58,587 nt of DNA, taken from contig NC_057719.1 of the NCBI RefSeq assembly GCF_004010195.1, positions 71,545,017 through 71,603,603 on the forward strand, written 5' to 3'. The translations under genes and the position numbers were made by a program. Positions within the stretch are counted from its first letter, which is position 1; every line of letters begins with the position of its first letter. Origin of the DNA: Chiloscyllium plagiosum. Its lineage: Eukaryota. Below are positions 49,538 through 58,587 of the stretch, piece after piece. The notes beneath the pieces are model-generated. The model had not been told where the DNA came from. It made no database searches and saw only the letters and a program-made list of their open reading frames with translations.

Positions 49538-49894
49538 CTGAAATTAAAGAGATTAAAATATGAATAATCAGTAATATAAAAAAGGTACAGTTGTCTGGTC
49601 CTGTGAAAGAACAATAAATTGGCATGAAACAATCTGGTCATGATCCAACATAAACTAGTAATTATATCAGAACTTTTGTCCGACACTAATTCAGAAGTTG
49701 CGCATTTACAGTCATAACGGAATTCTTTATTGGTCACTTACCCTTTAGATTGCTAATCATACAGGAAATATAAACATCTGGATATTCATAGTAATGTGTC
49801 CCGAAATAATGTGGGCAACTTCTTCGAACAAACCCAGGCACTCCCACCACCCCAGTACACGTGACTTATGTGGATCAGGTCATTAAAACTTGAA

Positions 49895-50382
49895 ACGGTT
49901 TAGAAAAGATTTACAAGGATGTTGCCAGGGTAGGAAGGTTTGTGCTTGAAGAAGAGGCTGTAAAGGTGAGGCTGTTTTCCCTGGAGAATTGCAGGCTGAA
50001 GGGTAACCTTATAGAGGTTTATAAAATCTTGAGAGACATGGATAGCATAAATAGACAAGGTCTTCTCCCTGCGGTGGGGGAGTGCAGAACTAGAGGGCAT
50101 AAGTTTATGGTGAGAGGGGAAAAATTTAAAAGGGACCTAACGGGCAACGTTTTCTTGAAAAGGGTGGTGCATGTATGGGATGAGCTGCCAGAGGAAGTGG
50201 TGGAGGCTGATACAATTACAGCATTTAAAAGACATCCAGATGGGTACATGAATAGGAATGGTTTAGAAGGATATGGGACAAGTGCTGGCAAATGTGACTA
50301 GACTAAGTTAGGATGTCTGGTTGGCATGGACGAGTTGGACCGAAGGGTCTGTTTCCTTGCTGTACATCTTTATGGCTCTATT
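49895..50382 (+). mobile_element. CR1 (HER1-type) 3' fragment
   Basis: LFSLENCRLKGNLIEVYKILR...RVVHVWDELPEEVVEA plus 3' UTR ttggaccgaagggtctgtttcc. Confidence 0.9.
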
Positions 50383-51544
50383 TGACTGACTCAATACTAA
50401 CCTGACCTCAATGGGCAGGCCTGCTCCTCAGGTTTGGTTGGTTGCTTTCTCAGAACAGCAACCGAAAGGTTTCCAGCCAACCACTGTTCCAATTTATCTG
50501 AAAAGCAGAAAACGGAACTATCTGCAAGGACTACAAGGTCTTGAGGCCTGCCTCATTATAGATGCTCCATTTAATGGGTACATCAAGAGTCTCTTCTCCT
50601 GTGTCATTTGAATAATTCTCCTGGCCTGCACCCATTGCAGTTCATATAGTCTGTTGCCCTGAACAAAGCCTCAAAAATTCCAAAGCGTCAAGGCCAGAGC
50701 ATTATAATTATAGTAAGGTTATATTATATACATTGGATTAAAGGGGTCAAATGGTATAGGGTGAAATTGGGAAGAGGATACTAAGTTGGGATGATTAGCC
50801 ATGATCATATTGAATGGCGGGGCAAACTCGAAAAGCTGAACAGCCTCCTCCTGCTCCTATTTTATATGTATATATGTTTCAATTAGCAGCACAATTCCTT
50901 ACACCATTTGTGCTTAACACTTAGAAAAGTTGTCTGGATACAAATCAGAGCCAAACTGATCCCATTCTTTTCAGATCATATTTAACATGTACACATGGAT
51001 CATGTGTAAACTTTTTCCAAGTAAACTACACAGTACAGAGTACATTGGGTGTATTGAAATGTTGAGGTGATCCAGGAACAGAGCTGAGATCTGGGAAGAA
51101 CTTTGTGCTTCATTTGTGGGTAGCAAATTTTCAAGCAATTGATGATTGGTTCATAGAAATTGCAGCTAATCAGAAATATTTATTGTTTCTTTTTGTCCAG
51201 AAGTGTTTTTAAATTGTAATATTTGTTATTTTGGACAATTTTATTGTTGCTTGGAAGTGGAACAAATATCCATCTTTCTCAACATTGTTTTCCTGTCCTT
51301 GTAAAATGACTGGAAGGAGAACTTGTAACACAATGGGTGAAAATCCTGCCCCTGAGCTAGTAGCTGTACTTTCAAATCCCACTCCAGGACTGGATGGCCA
51401 AGGAAGGTGTGTCCACAAGACAGCCAATAGATTGAGAATCAGTGTACAAATCCATCCCTAAATTCACTAGAGGCAGGCAGAAGAACGGGAGTGATTCTCA
51501 GTCAACCATGTAATAAAAAGTCATTAGAGTTGCTGCCATTATCA

Positions 51545-51630
51545 AGAGTTGATAAAGTATGGCACTGGAAAAGGCCCAGCAGGTCAGGCAGCATCCAAGA
51601 AGCAAGAGAGCTGATGTTTCAGAATGAAGT
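51545..51630 (-). mobile_element. Decayed Penelope-like terminal repeat fragment
   Basis: ctggaaaaggcccagcaggtcaggcagcatccaagaagcaagagag resembles 47140-47185. Confidence 0.6.
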
Positions 51631-51971
51631 AAGCACATCCACAAAACGACCCGGACTCCTGCTATGGGAAGGGGTCATCAGTTGATTCAAAAATCTATGC
51701 AGATTAAATTGATGCCAACTGCATGGAGTTTGATCCGTTTTTCAGCTGGACTGAGTGAGGAACATGGCTTCTTGCCCTGCCCATGGCACTGTGGGATGAA
51801 CTTGCCTTCAAGCAGAGAACTGAAGAGGAACAAAGAGACTGGTCCTTTTACTTTGCAATTTTCAAGACAGTGAATATTCATTGGAAATGGAAATTTTGAT
51901 CATAGATATGTGAAAGATGTAAAAGGGACTTGCTGTTCTTAAACTTTCCAGAATACATGAAACCAAATCAG

Positions 51972-52316
51972 TGGGGAGGTGATGGCCTAGTGGTATTATC
52001 GCTGAATTGTTAACCCAGAGACCCAGGTAATGCTTCAGGGACCCGAATTTGAATCCCACCATGACAGATGGTGGAATTTGAATTCAATAAAAATCTGGAA
52101 TTAAGAGTTTAATAATAGCCATGAATCCATTATCGACTGTTGGAAAACCCAGCTAGTTCACTCGGGAGGAAACTGCCACCCTCACCTGATCTGACTTACA
52201 TGTGACTCCAGACCAAAAGCAATCTGGTTGACTCTTAACTGCCCTCTGGGCAATTAGGGATGGACAATAAATGCTGGCCCAGCCAGCAACACCGTGAATG
52301 ATTTTTTTAAAAAAAT
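51972..52316 (+). mobile_element. tRNA-headed SINE with a LINE-derived 3' tail, best-preserved copy
   Basis: A box tggcctagtgg, B box-like tttgaatccc, tail gggcaattagggatggacaataaatgctggcc shared with the LINE ending at 12635. Confidence 0.82.
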
Positions 52317-55300
52317 CAGCTGCAGTCAGTACTGTTTAATCCTTCAGGACAAGCATAGTGTGCTGTCTCTACAAAATGCTTTATTGGAGCTGAAGCAGAA
52401 AATGGTAGCTTAAACAAAGATAAATGCGTGGTTTGGCTAACCTCAGCAATCAGGCAACAGATTGGGTTGTGGGCAACACAGAGGGAATGGGAGCTATACA
52501 TAACAATGGTTCAGCTGTTTTAGAAGCCATTACTTTTTGGATCTAGTAGTTCATGAACACATCAGATGGTTCAGTAATATTTTTCCACGCTTATTTGTAC
52601 ACATTTCCATATGCAAAGCAGCTGTTTCTTGTTTTGTTAGTGCTTGTTTTATTTTGTCCTCTTGGTTGAAATTGGCCTCCCAAGAACTGAGACAGCAGCA
52701 GGGTAAAACCAGGCCATTTATTACTGACAAAAGTGGTTCCTTAAAAATGTGGTATCACACTGTTCTTGAGATTACAACCATTGTACAAGATCTGCTTCAC
52801 TGGCAAGTCACAGAGCTGGTGTGAAATTGCAGCTCTGAGGTTTGATATAAACAGATAATATTAAGTATTCATTCATCCATTTATAATCAATGTGCAGCAC
52901 TGTACAAAAATAAATTCTAACGCTTGAAACATGGGTTTATTTTTACTCAGCATCTGACACTTACTTGCCAACAACCATGACCTGCTGAAACATTTTAGTC
53001 TCATGCAGAGGAAGAAAAGCTAACACGGGCCTATTACTGATGATCTGCTTCCCTTATGCCTCAATTATACTGTAGCCAAGTAATGTAATGTCAGAGCATG
53101 TTCAACAGTAATGGGTGGAAGCAGTTGCAATTCAGCACACCACTCTGACTACTGCTGACTGGGGTAGAATTGAGCTCTGTGTAGTAATTCAAACACATGC
53201 ATGGAGGTCTGCTCACCACCTTCAGGGAAATTACTGATCATGGAAAAATGTTAAAAGGTGGGGATTGAAGTGAACAAACAATGGTTCAAGATATGAAGCA
53301 TAGGTCTGTGAGTTTATTCAGCAAAAAGAGTGAGTTATGTCTTCGTTAGTTGATCTCCCTTGACACTGTGAAGGCTTAGTCAAGACCATGTGGAAGTTTC
53401 AGATGAAGTGGGATTACTGAGAAAATGATAATAGGAAAGCCACATCAGGTGAAATTCTGTTCAATTTGAAATTAGCACATTGTTTCCTTGATTTAAATTT
53501 TCATTATAAATTCGACATTTATGTTTATGTTTGAAGGGCAAGACTGATTAATATAATTTAATCTCCATTTTAAGTACTTTGAGGATTACTCGGAAATTGA
53601 AACAACCTAAAATGTAGAGTTGCACAGCATTAAAACTTGTGAAATTAAAAGGAAAGTAACTTGCTTCAATAGCTCCCACTGTTTCCATTTTGAGAATCTG
53701 TTGTAATTGTGAAATGTGTACAAATCGAGTGTTTTGACTGTCACATTTCATCTTAAGAATTTTATTTCAAATAACCTGATGCATATTTAATCTTTCCATC
53801 AGGTAACTGTGACAAAAACTATTTCCATAAATATTTGCATCATTGACTCAGGCTTTGAATGATTGAGAAAGTGAAAGAATTATTGACCTGGAACTTCCTC
53901 AATTGAACTTGAGGATGTAGCGCTAAAATTATTCTGATCTTGCTGACAACAACTTAGACTGAAATTTCCTGGGAATCCATTAACATATAATGCAAATGTC
54001 AGCTTTAAAAATGTAGAAGTCAATATAAACAATCAAAACTGAAAAAAATGTCATTTTCCTTCTTTATGTTCCCATTTAACTCAGTGAGTTATGAAATTTA
54101 AAATGCTAACCAATCAAACTTACAATTACACATTTGAATCCAGCATGTTTAAGAAAATGCACTTTTTAAAAAATGCAACAGCATCTAACTGAATGTAATT
54201 AGCATGAGGGTCTCAGTGAAGACTTGATTTTAAACATATAAACCAGGAATAGAGATTTCAGGACCTGTTGAATCTGAGGCACTCATTTAGAATGAGTCTA
54301 AATGCTATGAACTTGCAGGAAACTAGCATTCCCTGGTCTATTTATATGGGGATGAGACCACACCAATCAGCTAAGTGACTTTCACAACATTCTACTGCCT
54401 GCTCCTGGCCTCTATTCCTCCAAACCTTTATGAATCTATCCAAGTGTAAAACAAACTCTAATAAATCTTTAACTAAGCCTGCAATCCCAGGAATATCTGC
54501 AAGTTCCACACTACCTCCTCTTAATATTGATTTTTCAAAGAATGTTACATTTCAGAATTTGTGGTCAAAATAATTGTGAGGCTAAGAGGGCTTTATGTTA
54601 TTTATGTACAAATGCTTCATCACCTTCATTTGAGGACAAACTCAAAACAGCATCTCTCTGTACACTTCATCACAGAAATATATCAAATGTTGCAGAAGTT
54701 AATGCATTATTGCTGTAAATGCAAATTAAACTCACTACAGCAAGTTTGGTCCTAACAATTATGATCTATTAAAATACTGTAAGAGTCGATTACTTTCATT
54801 GAACCTCTCTGGCACTGAAAATGAACTATTCCTTGTGTGCAGTCTCAATCTTTCAAGTTTTACTTGGTGGAAATTTTATAATGCAAAAATTTTAATTATT
54901 TTTTTACATCATGACAAAGTAGCAAATAACAATGAAGTGGCAGATTCAACACACCACTTGGCAGCTAATTTGTTGAATGAATGCATCACAAACTGCAGTT
55001 GAATTTACGTGTTTCATGTACCAGATATAAATTTTGCTCATAATAAGGACTTGTCACTGTATATAGGAATAATGAACAGAACATCAAGGTCACCATGACA
55101 GCAGTTCAAGTGTTATGGAGCAGTTGTCATGACAGCAGCACCTATGGCTCTTGCCTGATTGAACACTGTTTTCCTACTTGGCAGAATACATGTGCACAAG
55201 CCATTCTACTATGTTCCTTTCTCAGAAGCAATGTAAAATATGAAAAGGTTCACAGGAATCCCTAATGCATATTCATTTTCAGCTGATATTTGAAAAGTGA

Positions 55301-56667
55301 GTCTCTCCTTTTGGGAATATGGGTGGTGGGGGGACGATGGGGAAGCAGTGATTCAAAAGGTTTTCCCATTTATCAAATTACAAATTCAGCAAAATAAAAT
55401 CAGTCGAAAACATTATTTCACTGCAAATGTTTGTGACAGCTAAAATAAACTCAACTATTTTTGGAACAAATGGCCGGTAATTTTTAATGCTCACAGTTGT
55501 TTCCCGTTCCACACTTAAATCATATCTGAGAGACTCATACGACCAGACTGGAGCATGGAAAGGTTTGCAACTTGCCCAGATGGAGCTCGGACAGTCAGGA
55601 AATAAACAACTCTATTAGCCACTCACATTGAAAGGCACAAAGCATGACAAAAGTAAACTTCTGTAAAATAATTGATGTCATACTGAAGAATTTAAAACAG
55701 CACTTATTAGTTTAAGTCATTAGCACTTGAAAGTTTGAAACAAACCACAGCAATAATATCCTAAATTGGACAGATTAATTCATAAATAGTTTGCAGCGAT
55801 GAATCTGCTAATAAAGCCCCTTAGAGGGAGGGTGGATACTGCAAGGAGTTTCAACATTTGGGCTTCCCATTTAAGAGGGAGCCGTGGAGGAAATTCATTT
55901 TCTCAGTGGGTCGTCAAGTGAATTCTCTCCATGAAAGATCAATGGACATGGTTAGGGGTACTGGCCAAGGTGGAACAATCACTGGGGAAGAGTGGAGGGT
56001 TGTGTATGATGTGATTGGTGCAGATGCAGGTGGGAGGGGTTTCAAGGACAGGGATGGTTGAGTATCATGCCAAAAGGGCAGAATCTGAGGTGAGAATCCC
56101 ATATGGGGATTAAATAGAGGGAACTGGCGACCTTCAAGCACAGTGCTAGGTTTTATTTTAGAGAGAATTGAAAAGTTCATGGGTGGAATCTCTCATAATG
56201 AGGTGAAAACAACTCCAGTTGGGGGTAGGTCAGGTTCCCTCATGCGATTACCTGCTTCTGAGTTCATTACATATGCAGGAATGTTTAGAGTGACCAGTCT
56301 TAGGGGCAGGGGGGCAGCAAGGTTTTGCTTGTACCAGTATATCTCAGGGTTGAAAGTCCTCACGCCATATTTAAAGGGCAACCAGATAGGGGATTGCAAA
56401 CCATGTTAGTCTCTTTCTTGAAACCAATTCTACAAGAATTTAGACAAAATTCTTGAAAATTCAACAACCATGGATTAGACACTTTGCCTAGATGGCTAAA
56501 ACCTGCCCCCAGCCATGACCTGTCTACTCAATTCTCAAGTGGCCAGTTTTCCAGGGGAGGTCAAAGAAAATGATTCAAAGACTCTGAAGCTCTCTTTGAA
56601 GCAGGGTAGCACAAACCTTAAAGGCTGTGAGGAGCTTTCTACCACTCATTCAAAATGGCGACAGCTT

Positions 56668-57222
56668 AGAGTCATAGAGATGTACAGTACAGACCCTTCC
56701 GTCCAACTCGTCCATTTTGACCAGATATTCCAGCCTAATCTAGTCCCACGTGCCAGCACTCAGCCCATATCCCTTCAAACCCCTTCTATTCATATATCCA
56801 TACAGATGCCTTTTAAATGTTGCAATTGTACTAGTCTCCACCATTTCCTCTGGCAACTCATTCCATACACGTACCACCCTCTGCATGAAAAAGTTGTCCC
56901 TTAGGTCCCTTTTATATATTCCTCTCTCATCCTAAACCCATGCCCTCTAGTTCTGGACTCCCCAATCCCAAGGGAAAGGCTTTGTCTTATTTATCCTATC
57001 CATGCCCCTCATGATTTTATAAACCTCTATAAGGTCACCCCTTAACCTCCAACGCTCCAGGGAAAACAGCCCCAGCCTGTTGAGCCTCTCCCTATAGCTC
57101 AAATCCTCCAACCCTGGCAACATCCTTGTAAATCTTTTCTCAACTCTTTCAAGTTTCACAACATCCTTCCGATAGGAAGGAGACCAGAATTGCACACAAT
57201 ATTCCAACAGTGGCCTAATTAG
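56668..57222 (-). mobile_element. CR1 (HER1-type) 3' fragment
   Basis: RPLLEYCVQFWSPSYRKDVVKLERVEKRFTRMLPGLEDLSYRERLNRLGLFSLERWRLRGDLIEVYK. Confidence 0.92.
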
Positions 57223-57759
57223 CAAGTTCCGTCATTCTTGGAGTCCAGTCTTGTAACGATGGGACGTTGCCCCGGCAAACAATAAAGGAAAAGGAAGTAA
57301 AGCTTACACTCAGGATCCCATTATGGAACATGCTGCTCCATGGGCCCAAAGATCTGTGGATCAACAATCAGCCTGTTCATTCACATGATGGTTCATGGCA
57401 GAAACTCAAAGCCATGGGAGTTTATGTCATCTTCCAACCAAAGGACAGATAAGGACAACCTCACCCATACTGAAGAAAGCGCTTTGTTGCAATGGTAATC
57501 ATAAAATGGTGTAAAACATATTAGGATTGAAATATATAAATATCCTTCCTGGTCTGCTGTCATCATGTGATCTCTACCATGACATATACTCACTGCAGAC
57601 AGCCAACTTACAGACACTTCAATAAAGACTTAGTAGACACAGTCTGTGCTCCTCGGAGTGCAGAAAATCAGAAGTGGGAACTGCAATTGAGTGATGAAGA
57701 GCTATCAAGAAGGACAGTTTCTGAGAGAGGAAAACAGGAATGTGTAGAGCTGTGAAGCC

Positions 57760-58492
57760 ATGATGTGGATGTGCCAGTGTTGGACTGGGGTGATCAAAGT
57801 TAAACAACACAAAGTTCACACAGCACCAGGTTATAGTCCAACAGGTTTATTTGAAAGTACAAGCTTTGAGAGCACTGCTCCTTTGTCAGGTAGCTAGTGG
57901 GGCAGGATAACAGAACTTATAGCAAAAGATCAGAGTGTCATACAACTGATGTGATGTATTGAACAAACCGAGATTGCTGTTAAGTCTTTAGTCACTTAGA
58001 ATGGGGATGCAGGTTTCAATTGATTAATATGTAAATCTCAGAACTTCTTTCAAGTCACAGTCCTCTGATAACTTCAGGTTTTATCAGTATAAGAAAAGGT
58101 GAGATCTCAGCTCAGACAATGCATTAAAGCTGTGAGGTTAGAGTCCATCTGGATCTCAACCTTGAGTCAAACTGGTTCTATTTCCAAAGTAGGAATTTAT
58201 AAAATGTCACATGGACTGACTGTCTACAGATTGCGTGCTTTTTGAACAAAATAGAATGTATATGCAAAATCACCCCATAGACTTATATGTGTGTGTGTGT
58301 GTGTGTGTGCCCGGGTGCGTACGCGCATGTGAGGAAGAAAGAGAGTGAGAGTGTGAGTGTGTGTATGTGAGTGTATTGTGTAGTGGGGTCATCTGTAGTA
58401 TGACATGAAGCTAAGGTCCTGGTTGAGGCCATCCTTGTGGGCACCGAACTTGGCTATCAGCCTCTGCTCGGCCACTCTGCGTTGCTGCGTAA
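57760..58492 (-). mobile_element. Penelope-like element (family B) 3' part: endonuclease C-terminus, CA-repeat UTR, terminal repeat
   Basis: Minus strand TQQRRVAEQRLIAKFGAHKDGLNQDLSFMSYYR*; terminal repeat matches 14745-14865, with a decayed hammerhead at about 57855-57892. Confidence 0.82.
58288..58380. repeat. (TG)n/(GA)n microsatellite inside the Penelope-like UTR
   Basis: About 11 TG units followed by degenerate GT/GA repeats. Confidence 0.85.
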
Positions 58493-58587
58493 CCTGACCG
58501 AGCATATTGCAGCGCTGACGAAAGAACTCGAAGACCTTAGGCTCATCCGAGAGAACGAGATCTTTGTGGACAAGACCTTCAGTGATA
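58493..58587 (+). mobile_element. CR1 ORF1 fragment, runs off the window end
   Basis: LTEHIAALTKELEDLRLIRENEIFVDKTFSD resembles the coiled-coil segment of CR1 ORF1. Confidence 0.55.

Noticed and set aside
49450..49737. 95-aa minus-strand ORF in the ORF track
   Set aside because: Wrong frame; it only overlaps the real PRKD1 exon and runs through the intron.
49736..49780. Consensus donor AGG|GTAAGT on the minus strand about 200 nt upstream of the exon
   Set aside because: The nearest acceptor lacks a pyrimidine tract, the implied 36-nt exon has an in-frame stop, and such hexamers occur by chance; no support without RNA data.
51335..51458. Apparent TIR-bounded MITE
   Set aside because: Better explained as a decayed tRNA-SINE head (ttcaaatcccactcca B-box-like).
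57252..57755. Possible solo LTR (TGTAAC start, TATA-like and AATAAA motifs)
   Set aside because: No clear CA end, TSD or second copy in the window; not supportable.

Overview
Vertebrate nuclear DNA, almost certainly a cartilaginous fish (HE1-type SINEs, CR1/HER1-type LINEs and Penelope-like repeat families typical of sharks). It is not prokaryotic, and most of the supplied ORFs are spurious or transposon remnants. I find one host coding exon: a 139-nt minus-strand exon (49399-49537) with canonical AG/GT sites. It encodes [46 protein letters not shown], which matches exon 2 of protein kinase D1 (PRKD1) and was missed by the ORF track. The rest is probably PRKD1 intron 1 (right) and intron 2 (left). 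These introns are filled with decayed retroelements (CR1, Tx1/L1, L2, Rex1/Babar, a Gypsy relic, several SINE families) and contain AT-rich repeat-free blocks that may be conserved non-coding elements. The most notable pattern is a set of about 8 short Penelope-like insertions, 7 with 11-15 bp target-site duplications. Most have inverted terminal copies, and several carry minimal hammerhead-ribozyme cores (CUGANGA-stemII-GAAA-NN-UH). One has three cores, two of them tandem and in the sense of the PRKD1 pre-mRNA about 2.1 kb past the exon-2 donor. Hammerheads in Penelope-like elements are already known in general; activity of these copies is untested. Boundaries of old repeats are approximate.
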